From the NCBI GenBank assembly GCA_016699915.1, contig CP064990.1, positions 448,671 through 512,670 on the forward strand: a stretch of 64,000 nt of DNA, in the 5' to 3' direction. Below, one piece after another: positions 35,423 through 48,696 of the stretch. This stretch comes from Neisseriales bacterium (GTDB lineage: Bacteria; Pseudomonadota; Gammaproteobacteria; Burkholderiales; Q3-R57-64). The notes beneath the pieces are model-generated. The model was given only the letters and a program-made list of their open reading frames with translations, did not search any database and was not told where the DNA came from. Position numbers and translations under genes: made by a program. The number at the start of each line of letters is the position of its first letter. Position 1 is the stretch's first letter.

Positions 35423-36805
35423 ATGACACTCGGCATCGTTATTCTTGCCGCAGGAGAGGGAAAACGTATGCTTTCACCTTTACCTAAGGCATTGCATCCC
35501 TTAGGTGGCGTCCCCATGATTGCACATGTACTCCGTACAGCCAAAGCGTTAAAGCCAGATCAATTAGCTATCGTGCATGGCCATTTAGGGCTCATGTTAC
35601 AGCAGTATTTGGCGGAAGATAAAACCATTACATGGATAGCACAACCTACGCAATTAGGTACAGGTCATGCCTTAAAAATTGCTTTAGATCAGTTGCCACG
35701 TACAGACTATATATTGGTTTTGTATAGCGATGTTCCTTGTATCAGCGCTAATACATTACAACGATTATTACATCAAGCTAAAACGATTCAAGGTATTGCG
35801 CTTTTGACAAACCAATCCAGTGATCCAACTGATTTAGGGCGCATTATTCGCGATGAAACGGGTAATATTATCAATATTATTGAAGAAAAAGATGCCAGTA
35901 CAGCACAAAAAGCGATTTTGGAAACCCATGCCGGTATTATGGTTTTACCAGGCGCGCCACTTCTTGATTGGCTTAGCGCATTGAATGTTGACAATGCACA
36001 GCGTGAATATTATCTCACTGATATTATTAGGTGTGCTGCGCGTGATGGTATGCCAATTTCTTCGGTACTTGCTGAACCCAGTTGGCAAGCTATGGGCGTT
36101 AATACCATGGCTCAACTTGCTCAATTGGAGCGATATTTTCAACAGTCCCAAGCGCATCGCCTGTTAAGTGAAGGGGTTACACTAATCGACCCTAGTCGCT
36201 TTGATTTGCGTGGCGAACTTACTTGTGGCAGAGGCGTGATCATTGACATTAATTGTCTAATTCTTGGAAGCGTTAGGTTGGATGACCAAGTTACTATCGG
36301 TGCACATTGCATTTTAAAAGATGTTATCATCGGCTCTAACACGACTATTAAGCCTTTTTCGCATATTGAAGGCACTCACATTGGATCAAAAGTAACTGTT
36401 GGGCCTTATGCTCGACTCAGAGCTGGTACACAGCTAGAAGAAGGTGTACATGTTGGTAATTTTGTGGAAATTAAAAATAGTACGCTTGCTTCTTACAGCA
36501 AGGCTAATCATTTTGGATATTTGGGTGATGCAAAGATCGGCAATTTCGTCAATATCGGTGCTGGCACAGTAACTTGTAATTATGATGGCGCTAATAAATT
36601 TAGCACGGTGATCGAAAAAGGAGCTTTTATCGGATCCGGCACGATGCTCGTTGCACCAGTACAAATTGGTCAAAATGCAACCATCGGTGCAGGCTCGGTG
36701 ATTACACAGGATGCACCGCCAGATGCTTTAACATTCGCTCGTTCAATTCAAACAACGAAAAAAAATTGGCAAAAACCAAAAAAATCAGACGATATGGTGC
36801 AATAA
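35423..36805 (+). CDS. glmU: Bifunctional UDP-N-acetylglucosamine pyrophosphorylase / GlcN-1-P acetyltransferase
   Basis: 460 aa. LAAGEGKRM motif and C-terminal hexapeptide repeats. Position after atpC matches E. coli. Confidence 0.95.
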   Translation: MTLGIVILAAGEGKRMLSPLPKALHPLGGVPMIAHVLRTAKALKPDQLAIVHGHLGLMLQQYLAEDKTITWIAQPTQLGTGHALKIALDQLPRTDYILVLYSDVPCISANTLQRLLHQAKTIQGIALLTNQSSDPTDLGRIIRDETGNIINIIEEKDASTAQKAILETHAGIMVLPGAPLLDWLSALNVDNAQREYYLTDIIRCAARDGMPISSVLAEPSWQAMGVNTMAQLAQLERYFQQSQAHRLLSEGVTLIDPSRFDLRGELTCGRGVIIDINCLILGSVRLDDQVTIGAHCILKDVIIGSNTTIKPFSHIEGTHIGSKVTVGPYARLRAGTQLEEGVHVGNFVEIKNSTLASYSKANHFGYLGDAKIGNFVNIGAGTVTCNYDGANKFSTVIEKGAFIGSGTMLVAPVQIGQNATIGAGSVITQDAPPDALTFARSIQTTKKNWQKPKKSDDMVQ

Positions 36806-36806
36806 A

Positions 36807-37832
36807 CTACCTAAATACTGCTGGTAACGGTTGACCTAGTACCCACCTTGGATATACCGCGAAACGACCAGCTAACTTTATGTATTGTTGGTTTAAAGCG
36901 CCCGCAAAGGCAATCATGGCGCCATTATCAGCGCATAGTTCAATGGGTGGATAGGCAATTTGCCAGTTATTATTTTCAGCTTGCACAGCTAAAGCTTTGC
37001 GTAACTGTTCGTTAAGACTTACCCCTCCTGCAACAACTAAGCGTTTCATCTGATAAATAGACAATCCAAGACCTATTTTATTGACCAAAACATCAACCAT
37101 GGCTGCTTGAAAGGCTGCGCATAAATCATGTTTTGTGGTTTCATCTATGGGTTGCTGCTGTGCATTGACTAAGTGAACCATAGCTGTTTTAAGTCCAGAA
37201 AAACTCATCATTAAATCATGTCGCTTTCCCAGTGGTCTTGGTAGTCTAAATCGATTAGGGTCTCCTAATTTTGCCAAAGCAGATAACTGTTTTGCGCCAG
37301 GATAGGGTAACCCTAGCAGTTTAGCTACTTTATCAAAAGCTTCGCCTGCCGCGTCATCTAGTGTTTCCCCAATTAACTGATATTCACCAATAGCTTTGGC
37401 TTTAAAAAATTGCGTATGCCCACCCGACACAAGTAATGTTAAAAATGGAAATGCTATAGCATGTGATGGATAAAGGGCAGCGAGCAAATGGCCTTCTAAA
37501 TGATTGACTGGAATAACGGGTATATTGAGCGCAAAAGCCAGTGATTCGGCAACGCTAGCCCCTACCAATAAAGCACCAGACAATCCTGGTCCCGCAGTAT
37601 AAGCAATAGCATCAATTGATGAGAGCGTTTGGTGGCTATTATTTAAGCAAGTTTTAATAAGTGGCACAATGTGACGAATATGATCACGACTGGCTATCTC
37701 AGGCACAACGCCGCCATACCGCGCATGCAGTGCTGTTTGTGTATGCAGCACTTGTACTAAATGCTGCGCTTTATCATCATAAAGCGCTACGCCTGTTTCA
37801 TCGCAAGATGTTTCAATACCAAGTACTAGCAT
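36807..37832 (-). CDS. tsaD: tRNA N6-adenosine threonylcarbamoyltransferase TsaD
   Basis: 341 aa. LGIETSCDETGVA, HLEGHL and GGVSLN motifs of the Kae1/TsaD family. Confidence 0.95.
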   Translation of the reverse strand: MLVLGIETSCDETGVALYDDKAQHLVQVLHTQTALHARYGGVVPEIASRDHIRHIVPLIKTCLNNSHQTLSSIDAIAYTAGPGLSGALLVGASVAESLAFALNIPVIPVNHLEGHLLAALYPSHAIAFPFLTLLVSGGHTQFFKAKAIGEYQLIGETLDDAAGEAFDKVAKLLGLPYPGAKQLSALAKLGDPNRFRLPRPLGKRHDLMMSFSGLKTAMVHLVNAQQQPIDETTKHDLCAAFQAAMVDVLVNKIGLGLSIYQMKRLVVAGGVSLNEQLRKALAVQAENNNWQIAYPPIELCADNGAMIAFAGALNQQYIKLAGRFAVYPRWVLGQPLPAVFR

Positions 37833-37931
37833 AGGTTAAAAATTTATATCCAAATCATTATTAGGAGGATGCTATACTGCATTGATCACACGAGTATTTT
37901 ATTGTTCATTGATAATTAAGAAAGTTATAAC

Positions 37932-38342
37932 GTGAAAACGGCACGGCGTTATGCCCGAGAACTGGCTATGCAGGGCATTTTTCAATGGCAATTTAATCGT
38001 GATGTATCTATTTTAACTATTGAAAATGATTTACGTGACTACAAAGGGTTTTCTAGAGCAGACAGCAAATTCTTGCTTGATCTTTTGCGTGGTGTGGTGC
38101 AGCAAGAACCGCTATTACTAGCTAAAATTATACCGCATTATGATTGTTCGGCAAAGGAAGTCAAGCCTGTTGAGCGCACGATTTTGTTGATAGGAACCTA
38201 TGAATTACTTTATCACGCCGACACACCATCACGCGTCATCCTCAATGAAGCAATTGAAATCGCCAAAGTATTTGGTGGCACCGATGGCCATAAATTTGTT
38301 AACGGTGTATTGGACAAATTGGCCGTTGCTATTCGCGGTTAG
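37932..38342 (+). CDS. nusB: Transcription antitermination factor NusB
   Basis: 136 aa, GTG start. ARELAMQGIFQW N-terminus and FVNGVLDK C-terminal motif. Confidence 0.9.
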   Translation: MKTARRYARELAMQGIFQWQFNRDVSILTIENDLRDYKGFSRADSKFLLDLLRGVVQQEPLLLAKIIPHYDCSAKEVKPVERTILLIGTYELLYHADTPSRVILNEAIEIAKVFGGTDGHKFVNGVLDKLAVAIRG

Positions 38343-38369
38343 ACTAGCGACCTTTTTATGTGTTGATGC

Positions 38370-39335
38370 ATGATGAATGAATTTGAACTGATCAATCATT
38401 TTTTTAAGCAACCTTGCCATCATTCAACTTTAGGTATTGGAGATGATGCTGCTATCTTCGCACCAACAACAGGTTGTGAAATACATGTATCGGTTGATAC
38501 ATTAGTTGAGCATCAACATTTTTTCGCTAATACGTCACCAACCGATCTTGGTCATAAAGCATTAGCGATCAACATATCCGATATCGCAGCAATGGGTGCT
38601 GTGCCACGTTGGGCCTTGTTATCACTCACACTGCCCCAAGTTGACCCACCTTGGTTAGCAGGTTTTATGCGTGGGTTTTTTTCACTAGCTAAACATTTTA
38701 ATATTGACTTAATTGGGGGAGACACCGTTTGCGGTCCGCTTGCGGTGACTGTGACTATCATCGGTGAATCACCCATCGGTCGTGCTTTATATCGTAGTGC
38801 TGCTAAACCAGATGAAGATATTTGGGTAAGTGGTATATTAGGGTTAGCGGCGTTTTCGGTGTATTACCAAACACAAACTAATCATATTCAAAAAGAAACT
38901 ATTCCCACTGAATTATGGGCAATGAGTGAAGACAAATTGAATAGACCATCGCCTCGCGTAGCGCTTGGTCAAGCATTACGTGGTATAGCAAGTGCTTGTA
39001 TTGATGTATCAGATGGATTGCTTAGCGATTTATCTCATCTTCTTAACGCTTCTTGCTGTGGCGCTACATTGTGGTTCGAAACCTTACCTTCCCATCCTTT
39101 TATCAAACAAGACTCTATTTTACAGCACCGCTGCTTACTTGGTGGCGGGGATGACTATGAACTTCTTTTCACTGCTCCTGCACAACATCGTAATCATATT
39201 GATCAACTGAGCCAAGCACTACAATTACCTTTAACGCGCATTGGTGTATTACATACCCAACGCGGTTTACAGGTGTTAGATCAATATGCTCAGCCCATTA
39301 CGATCACCCATAGAGGATTTGATCACTTTGCTTAA
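38370..39335 (+). CDS. thiL: Thiamine-monophosphate kinase
   Basis: 321 aa. EFELINHFF, GIGDDAA and GGDDYELLFT motifs (AIR synthase-related fold). nusB-thiL-pgpA synteny. Confidence 0.9.
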   Translation: MMNEFELINHFFKQPCHHSTLGIGDDAAIFAPTTGCEIHVSVDTLVEHQHFFANTSPTDLGHKALAINISDIAAMGAVPRWALLSLTLPQVDPPWLAGFMRGFFSLAKHFNIDLIGGDTVCGPLAVTVTIIGESPIGRALYRSAAKPDEDIWVSGILGLAAFSVYYQTQTNHIQKETIPTELWAMSEDKLNRPSPRVALGQALRGIASACIDVSDGLLSDLSHLLNASCCGATLWFETLPSHPFIKQDSILQHRCLLGGGDDYELLFTAPAQHRNHIDQLSQALQLPLTRIGVLHTQRGLQVLDQYAQPITITHRGFDHFA

Positions 39336-39819
39336 AATTAACTGGCGTTTCATTATGCGTCACCCTGCTTATTTTCTTGCTTTCGGGATGGGTATTGGTT
39401 TGTTGCCTAAAGCACCCGGTACCATTGGCTCGTTGTGCGTTATACCTTTTGTATGGCTCTGGTATGACCTCAATGGTTCTATGACAGGGCTTACCATTTT
39501 ATGCGGATTATTTTTTATAGTAGGTACTTGGTGCTGTCAGGTTACAGGGCGCGCTATAGGGGTATCGGATTACGCAGGGCTTGTTATAGACGAAATGGTT
39601 GCAATGAGTATCTTACTCATCGCCTTGCCTTATTCATGGCGATGGTGGAGCATTGGTTTTATCTTATTTCGATGGATAGATATTCAAAAACCGTGGCCAA
39701 TTAACTGGGTTGATCGCACTTATAAAAATGGTTTTGGCGTTATGTTAGATGACCTCTTAGCTGTAGGCTATGTTCTGATCATTTATCATGGCATCAAGAT
39801 GAGTTTTTTATTAAAGTGA
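39286..39819 (+). CDS. pgpA: Phosphatidylglycerophosphatase A
   Basis: FLAFGMGIGLLPKAPGTIGSL, DEMVAM and IQKPWPINW motifs. The start is uncertain (ATG 39286, or TTG 39319/39328). ATG 39355 looks too short by comparison with the usual N-terminus. Confidence 0.8.
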   Translation: MLSPLRSPIEDLITLLKINWRFIMRHPAYFLAFGMGIGLLPKAPGTIGSLCVIPFVWLWYDLNGSMTGLTILCGLFFIVGTWCCQVTGRAIGVSDYAGLVIDEMVAMSILLIALPYSWRWWSIGFILFRWIDIQKPWPINWVDRTYKNGFGVMLDDLLAVGYVLIIYHGIKMSFLLK

Positions 39820-39855
39820 TCAATCATTCCTCATGAACGATTTAGGAGTAAAACA

Positions 39856-40293
39856 ATGGTACAGGAAAGAACGTTATCATTGATTAAACCCAATGCAGTA
39901 GATGCGCAACATATTGGCGAAATTATCCATCGCTTTGAAAGCAATCAACTTCGAATTATCGGCATGAAAATGTGTCAACTTTCTCAACAAAAAGCAGAAG
40001 GATTTTATGCAATCCATCGCCACAAGCCTTTTTTTAGGCATTTGATCGATTTTATAATATCTGGCCCGATTGTCTTACTGGTACTGGAGGGCGAAGATGC
40101 CATCGCGAAAAATCGGCGTTTGATGGGTCATGTAGATCCTGTTTTGGCTGAACCACAAACTATTCGTAAGGATTTTGGTCAAACAATCACTGCCAACGGT
40201 ATTCACGGTTCGGATTGTGTGAGTAACGCGGCTTTAGAAATTCGTTATTTTTTTGCAGAAACTGAGCTTTATCCGCATTCCTTGTCGTCATGA
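39856..40293 (+). CDS. ndk: Nucleoside diphosphate kinase
   Basis: 145 aa. [13 protein letters not shown]-terminus and NGIHGSD active-site His motif. Confidence 0.95.
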   Translation: MVQERTLSLIKPNAVDAQHIGEIIHRFESNQLRIIGMKMCQLSQQKAEGFYAIHRHKPFFRHLIDFIISGPIVLLVLEGEDAIAKNRRLMGHVDPVLAEPQTIRKDFGQTITANGIHGSDCVSNAALEIRYFFAETELYPHSLSS

Positions 40294-41357
40294 TCAATTT
40301 ATTAAACTATAGTCGAACGCAATTACAAAATTGGTTTGCATCGTTAGACGAAAAACCCTTTCATGCTGGTCAAGTTATGCGTTGGATTTACCAGCATCAA
40401 TTAAGCGATGTTACTCAAATGAGTAACTTATCGCATTTGTTGAAAAAAAAATTATCTGCCTTGGCAACGATTCCGCAGCCTCATCTTTTACAACAGCACT
40501 GTTCCAGCGATGGTACATGTAAATGGCTATTTGATACGGGTCATAATACAGCCATTGAAACAGTATTTATTCCCGAAAAAACACGAGGTACGCTATGTAT
40601 TTCATCGCAAGTTGGTTGTGCTCTAAAATGCGCATTTTGTGCAACAGGTCACCAAGGTTTTTATCGCAACTTAACCACAGCAGAAATTATCGGGCAGTTA
40701 TGGTGGGCAAAGCAAGTATTGCCTGCAACGCATCATAGCCAACGAATTATTTCCAATGTCGTGCTGATGGGTATGGGAGAGCCACTAGCCAATTTTGATG
40801 CACTAGTTGTAGCGCTTGATATTATGTTGGATGACTTTGCTTATGGTTTATCAAGAAGGCGTGTGACTGTTTCAACAGCCGGCATGGTACCGCAAATAGC
40901 TCAATTAGCTAGAACAAAACCCGTGGCGCTGGCAGTCAGTTTGCATGCCCCTAATGATGCCATACGCGATCAACTGGTTCCATTGAATAAAAAATATCCC
41001 TTAGCTAGATTGATGGAGGCTTGTGAAGACTATCTATGTTTTGCGCCACGTGATTTTATTACCTTCGAGTATGTACTTTTAGCGGGTATAAACGATCAAA
41101 TCGTTCACGCAAAAAGTCTGATTAAGCTATTAGCTCCTATTCCTTGCAAAATTAATCTTATTCCTTTTAATCCTTTTTCTTTATCTTCCTTTATGACACC
41201 GAGTAAAAAAACCATTGAACAGTTTGAGGATACGCTACAATCGGCAGGCTTTGTTGTCACAATACGTAAAACACGTGGACAAGATATCGCCGCTGCCTGT
41301 GGTCAATTAGCAGGTAGGGTACGTCCTAAAACCCCATCAAACGCTCAAGTTTTATGA
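40290..41357 (+). CDS. rlmN: 23S rRNA/tRNA (adenine-C2)-methyltransferase RlmN (radical SAM)
   Basis: 355 aa. Radical-SAM [20 protein letters not shown], and C-terminal [11 protein letters not shown]. Confidence 0.9.
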   Translation: MINLLNYSRTQLQNWFASLDEKPFHAGQVMRWIYQHQLSDVTQMSNLSHLLKKKLSALATIPQPHLLQQHCSSDGTCKWLFDTGHNTAIETVFIPEKTRGTLCISSQVGCALKCAFCATGHQGFYRNLTTAEIIGQLWWAKQVLPATHHSQRIISNVVLMGMGEPLANFDALVVALDIMLDDFAYGLSRRRVTVSTAGMVPQIAQLARTKPVALAVSLHAPNDAIRDQLVPLNKKYPLARLMEACEDYLCFAPRDFITFEYVLLAGINDQIVHAKSLIKLLAPIPCKINLIPFNPFSLSSFMTPSKKTIEQFEDTLQSAGFVVTIRKTRGQDIAAACGQLAGRVRPKTPSNAQVL

Positions 41358-42568
41358 ATACTTCGGCTTTATTACGTACGACCTCCACAGTTTATGTAGG
41401 TTCTGTTGCTATTGGCACAGGGCATCCTGTTGTGGTGCAATCCATGACTAATATATCAACAAGTAATGTTGTGGCGACGGTTGAGCAAATTAAAGCTTTA
41501 TCTGATGCCGGATCAGAAATGGTTCGTTTGACTGTGGATACCAAAGCTGCCGCGCAAGCTGTCCCAACAATTCGTCAACTACTAGATAAGGCAGGCTATC
41601 AGGTTCCTTTAATTGGGGATTTTCATTTTAATGGGGATCGATTACTGCGCGATTGTCCAGATTGCGCGATAGCTTTGGCCAAATACCGAATTAATCCAGG
41701 TAATGTCAATAGCAGCCGGCTAGGCGATACGGCCTTTTGTTTTTTAATTGAGCAGGCCATAAAATACGACCGCCCAATTCGCATTGGTGCAAATTGGGGA
41801 AGTCTTGACCCGGTCTTTTTATCGCATAAGATTGAGGAAAACCAAAAACAAGTGCATCCTAAACCCATCGAAATCCTTATGGACGATGCACTCATTCAAT
41901 CAGTGTTAGAAGCTGCTGATCACGCCAGGCAACTGGGTTTGGCTCAAAACAAGATCATTTTGTCTTGCAAAGTCAGTCAAGTGAATCGTCTTATTGCTAT
42001 TTATCGTCGATTAGCCCAAGCTTGTTCTTATCCTTTACATCTTGGATTAACCGAAGCAGGGTTAGGCTACTCGGGTATTGTTACAACCACAGCAGCGCTG
42101 ACAGTGTTATTGTCAGAAGGTATTGGAGAAACTATACGCGTTTCCCTAACACCACAGAACAATGAACCCCGAACCACTGAAGTTACCATAGCTCAAGCGA
42201 TTTTACAGTCACTTGATTTACGTCGCTTTACGCCACATGTTACCGCTTGCCCAGGTTGTGGCCGCACTACAAGCCGAGTATTTCAAGAACTAGCTTTTCA
42301 AGTCCAGCAATATATTGCACAAAAAATGCCCATGTGGAAAAAACAGTACGTAGGTGTTGAAAACCTACAGGTTGCTGTGATGGGTTGTGTTGTTAATGGT
42401 CCGGGTGAGAGTAAATTAGCCAATATTGGTATTGCCTTACCTGGTAAGGGAGAAAAACCATCTGCTCCGGTATATGTTAACGGTAAAAAAACGGTTACCT
42501 TACATGGTGATCATATTGCAGATCAATTCAAAGTCTTAATTGAGCAGTATGTCCAACACACTTATTAG
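41354..42568 (+). CDS. ispG: 4-hydroxy-3-methylbut-2-enyl diphosphate synthase
   Basis: 404 aa. VQSMTN, RINPGN, CPGCGRT and GCVVNGPGE motifs. Confidence 0.95.
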   Translation: MNTSALLRTTSTVYVGSVAIGTGHPVVVQSMTNISTSNVVATVEQIKALSDAGSEMVRLTVDTKAAAQAVPTIRQLLDKAGYQVPLIGDFHFNGDRLLRDCPDCAIALAKYRINPGNVNSSRLGDTAFCFLIEQAIKYDRPIRIGANWGSLDPVFLSHKIEENQKQVHPKPIEILMDDALIQSVLEAADHARQLGLAQNKIILSCKVSQVNRLIAIYRRLAQACSYPLHLGLTEAGLGYSGIVTTTAALTVLLSEGIGETIRVSLTPQNNEPRTTEVTIAQAILQSLDLRRFTPHVTACPGCGRTTSRVFQELAFQVQQYIAQKMPMWKKQYVGVENLQVAVMGCVVNGPGESKLANIGIALPGKGEKPSAPVYVNGKKTVTLHGDHIADQFKVLIEQYVQHTY

Positions 42569-42851
42569 GCGATCATCTCATAGCTATGTAGTGGTTAGAG
42601 CAATCAAACTAAAAATACGGCCATGAAACGCAATAAACCCATGATGATGACAGGGCAACCAGCATCCTTTTTGTGATCATCTTTTTTTCCACACATAGCT
42701 GATCCAATTTTGAACCCACTCTGTTTGGATGGGCTACGCTAAAATCATCCACAACGATGGATGCGTGATATTTTCACGCTCTTTACCTGCTTGATTACTC
42801 TATAATGTGTAGGTATCTTGCATCCTCTAGCGATTGACGTGAGCATTTTTG

Positions 42852-44141
42852 ATGAATCAAATTGAACAGCAACCTATTCAAGTTTTACGTGGTATGCGCG
42901 ATAGCTTACCAAGCGAAGCAAATCATTGGTCGGCTATCGAAAATATACTTAAAGCTTGGTGTGTTGATTACGGTTATCAGCGGATCAATTTACCCATTAT
43001 CGAATCCACACAGTTATTTTTGCGCACGTTAGGTGAAACAAGCGATATTGTTGAAAAAGAGATGTTTACTTTCACCGATACATTAAATAGCAAAAGCGTC
43101 ACACTGCGCCCAGAAGGCACGGCTTCTTGTGTACGTGCTGTGCTAAATAGCCATGCACTCCGCCATCAACCCATGCAGCGTTTATGGTATTACGGCTCGA
43201 TGTTTCGCCATGAGCGGCCTCAAAAAGGTCGCTATCGGGAGTTCTGTCAGATTGGTCTTGAAGCATTAGGGATGGAAGGACCAGATATTGATGCCGAATT
43301 GATCCTCATGACGAAAGACCTTTGGCAACGCCTTGGTATATTAGATAATTTAGTGTTGCAGATTAATTCAATCGGCACAGCCGATGAACGTTCCGCTTAT
43401 CGCCAAGCACTCGTAGATTATTTATTGCCACATTGTGCACAGCTTGATCAAGATAGCCAACGCCGACTTGCCACCAACCCTCTTCGAATTTTAGATTCAA
43501 AAGATGAGACGACACAAGCACTATGCCAGCGTGCTCCGCGCTTGATGGATTATCTGGGTGATCGTTCACTTGAACACTACCATGCTTGGAAAAAAATGCT
43601 TGATGCGCTACAGATTCATTATGTTGAAAATCCGAATTTGGTGCGCGGGTTAGATTACTATAATTTTTCTGTATTGGAATGGGTAACCACCTCAAAAGGT
43701 GCCCAAAACACGGTATGTGCTGGTGGTCGCTATGATCAATTAATGAGTCAATTAGGCGGTAAAGCCACACCTGCTGCCGGATTAGCAATTGGTATAGAAC
43801 GCGTGCTACAGTTAGTAGATCATAACAATCAATGGCTTGCTAATATTGTGCCGGATATTTATCTTATCCAAAAAGGAGAAGAAGCATCGCTTCATGCTTT
43901 ATGCATTGCTAATACCTTGCGGCAAGCAGGATATCATGTGTTGCAACATATGGGTCAAGCTAAGTTTGCTTATCAATTTAAGCAAGCTAATCTTTCCGGT
44001 GCACGTTTTGCTATTGTTCTTGGAGAGCATGAAATGGCTCAGCACACGGTTACCATCAAGCCACTTTTAGAAGCAGGCAAGCCACAGCAAACCGTTCAGC
44101 AAACTGATTTGATGACCACTCTTAAGGCTCTTTGCACATAA
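42852..44141 (+). CDS. hisS: Histidine--tRNA ligase
   Basis: Class II motifs: LRGMRD, LRPEGTA, FRHERPQKGRYREF and GGRYD. ATG 42852 is preferred over TTG 42849. Confidence 0.95.
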   Translation: MNQIEQQPIQVLRGMRDSLPSEANHWSAIENILKAWCVDYGYQRINLPIIESTQLFLRTLGETSDIVEKEMFTFTDTLNSKSVTLRPEGTASCVRAVLNSHALRHQPMQRLWYYGSMFRHERPQKGRYREFCQIGLEALGMEGPDIDAELILMTKDLWQRLGILDNLVLQINSIGTADERSAYRQALVDYLLPHCAQLDQDSQRRLATNPLRILDSKDETTQALCQRAPRLMDYLGDRSLEHYHAWKKMLDALQIHYVENPNLVRGLDYYNFSVLEWVTTSKGAQNTVCAGGRYDQLMSQLGGKATPAAGLAIGIERVLQLVDHNNQWLANIVPDIYLIQKGEEASLHALCIANTLRQAGYHVLQHMGQAKFAYQFKQANLSGARFAIVLGEHEMAQHTVTIKPLLEAGKPQQTVQQTDLMTTLKALCT

Positions 44142-44159
44142 AATAAGGAATACTACGTT

Positions 44160-44789
44160 ATGGCACATCATTTAGATGAACAAGAAAAAATTGAACATTT
44201 GAAGCGGTTTTGGCACCAGTATGGTAAATGGCTCACCATCGCCTTGAGCGCTTTGATTGTTGGTTATTTAGGGCATATTGCTTATGATCAATACCAAGCC
44301 CGTCGTGCCTACCAAGCCGCCGAAATATATGTCACACTAGATATAGCGATCGGCCAACGTGACTTTGCCAAAGCACAAGGCGCTGCTGACCAATTGATCA
44401 ACAACTATGCTAACACGGCTTATGCTTCACGTGCTGCTTTACTGTTTGCTAAAATCGCGTACCTGCAACGCCACATTGATCAAGCCAAAGCGAAGTTAAA
44501 TTGGGTCATTGAAAATAGTGATGAGCCTGCATTACAGGCCATTGCTCAGATACGCCTGGCTACCTTATTGTTTAATGAAAAGCAATATCAAGCAGCGCTG
44601 GCTGCGATAGCCGCATTACAAGACAAAACATTCGATGCGCAAAGCTTAGAGCTTAAAGGGGATATTTTACGCAATTTGCGTCAATATGTAGCAGCTAAAG
44701 CAGCCTATGAAGCCGCACTCAAAACATTGCGTGCCAACGACCCCAATCGCTTCTTACTAGAAATTAAATTAAGCGAACTAGGAAATTAA
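44160..44789 (+). CDS. yfgM: YfgM-like membrane-anchored TPR-like ancillary SecYEG/periplasmic chaperone protein
   Basis: 209 aa. N-terminal KRFWHQYGKW followed by a TM helix and then TPR-like repeats. hisS-yfgM-bamB-der synteny. Confidence 0.75.
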   Translation: MAHHLDEQEKIEHLKRFWHQYGKWLTIALSALIVGYLGHIAYDQYQARRAYQAAEIYVTLDIAIGQRDFAKAQGAADQLINNYANTAYASRAALLFAKIAYLQRHIDQAKAKLNWVIENSDEPALQAIAQIRLATLLFNEKQYQAALAAIAALQDKTFDAQSLELKGDILRNLRQYVAAKAAYEAALKTLRANDPNRFLLEIKLSELGN

Positions 44790-44791
44790 TT

Positions 44792-45946
44792 ATGTATGAT
44801 CGTATCATCGCCGTCGTGTTATCGGTATGTTTGGTAGGCTGTGCCAACCTTTTCCCTGCGAAGGATATACGTCAACCCGTTTCGCTGGTTCCCATTAAGA
44901 ATACCTATCCTATTATTACTAAATGGACAGTTTTTTCTGTCAAAGCAGTTGATCGACGATTATCCAGCAGTTTTTCACCAGCATATCATGATGGCTTTGT
45001 CTACGCTGCTTGGCCAAATGGTCGGATCGAAGCAATTGATCGTTTAACCGGACAGATTCGCCAAAAATGGATCGTGCCCAAAGTTAGACTTACTTGTACG
45101 CCAGCTATTTTTCAGCGTGTACTATTTTTGGGCACAGATAAAGCCGAGCTCATTGCATGGCATGCCGATAATAAGCAAATACTTTGGAAAAATAATCTCT
45201 CTAGTCTTTTACTCGAGCCTCCACTGATTGTTGATGATACGGTCATTACTAAAACGAATGATGGACATATTAGTGGTTTTGACCGCAAAACTGGTGCCTT
45301 AAAATGGCGTAATCAACACGCTGTTCCAAGTTTTATGATTCGCAGTAATCAATCACTTACCGCATTTGACCACTCAGCATTTTTGTTAGGCATGCCTGTT
45401 GGTTATATTTATGCCATTGACCCTCAGACAGGTTATAAATTATGGCAAGAATCCATTACCGTTCCTAAAGGGCGTACTGAATTTGAAGGGGCGGTTGACG
45501 TTATTTATCCCCCTTTACTCAAGGGCGATTTACTCTATACCACTGCTTATGAAGCAAGCATTGTCTGTTTTGATTTAAGAACTAATAAAAGACAATGGTC
45601 AAAAAATATTGCAACGCATCAACCCATAGTCATATTAGGCTCCTCTATTGTGATGAGTACAACCCATAGTGAGGTGGTGGCACTTGACCGCTATAGCGGT
45701 CAAGAGTTATGGCGCACTAAAACACTTTTACATCGTGCCATATCTGGTCCTGTTGCCCTTGGCAGTATGGTCATGGTGATGGATCGGTTTGGTATCGCAC
45801 ATGTCATGGATCCAGATACGGGATTATTAGTAGGACGCAAAAATATCGGTATTGGTGCACTATTAAGTGCTCCGCAATCGTTTGATGAAGGCGTTTTGCT
45901 TCAAAATCGCTATGGCAAGCTCGTGTATATTGTCCTAGGAAAATAA
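44792..45946 (+). CDS. bamB: Outer membrane protein assembly factor BamB (lipoprotein)
   Basis: 384 aa. Lipobox LVGC, and repeated PQQ-like beta-propeller blades (W-containing repeats). Confidence 0.85.
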   Translation: MYDRIIAVVLSVCLVGCANLFPAKDIRQPVSLVPIKNTYPIITKWTVFSVKAVDRRLSSSFSPAYHDGFVYAAWPNGRIEAIDRLTGQIRQKWIVPKVRLTCTPAIFQRVLFLGTDKAELIAWHADNKQILWKNNLSSLLLEPPLIVDDTVITKTNDGHISGFDRKTGALKWRNQHAVPSFMIRSNQSLTAFDHSAFLLGMPVGYIYAIDPQTGYKLWQESITVPKGRTEFEGAVDVIYPPLLKGDLLYTTAYEASIVCFDLRTNKRQWSKNIATHQPIVILGSSIVMSTTHSEVVALDRYSGQELWRTKTLLHRAISGPVALGSMVMVMDRFGIAHVMDPDTGLLVGRKNIGIGALLSAPQSFDEGVLLQNRYGKLVYIVLGK

Positions 45947-45947
45947 A

Positions 45948-48639
<2,692 letters not shown>

Positions 48640-48653
48640 TGATCATTAAGATA

Positions 48654-48662
48654 TGCTAGAAT
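48654..48662 (+). promoter_or_regulatory. Possible extended -10 promoter element for the giant gene
   Basis: TGcTAGAAT lies 35 nt upstream of GTG 48697. There is no good -35, and the background is AT-rich, so this is weak. Confidence 0.25.
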
Positions 48663-48696
48663 AGCTGGACGGAGGAATTAATAGGAAATTGCTGAC

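Noticed and set aside
42624-42677. 17-codon ORF (MKRNKPMMMTGQPASFL) in the ispG-hisS spacer as a possible leader peptide.
   Set aside because: It has no Shine-Dalgarno sequence, no His-codon run and no attenuator-like alternative hairpins, so I have no support for it as a leader.
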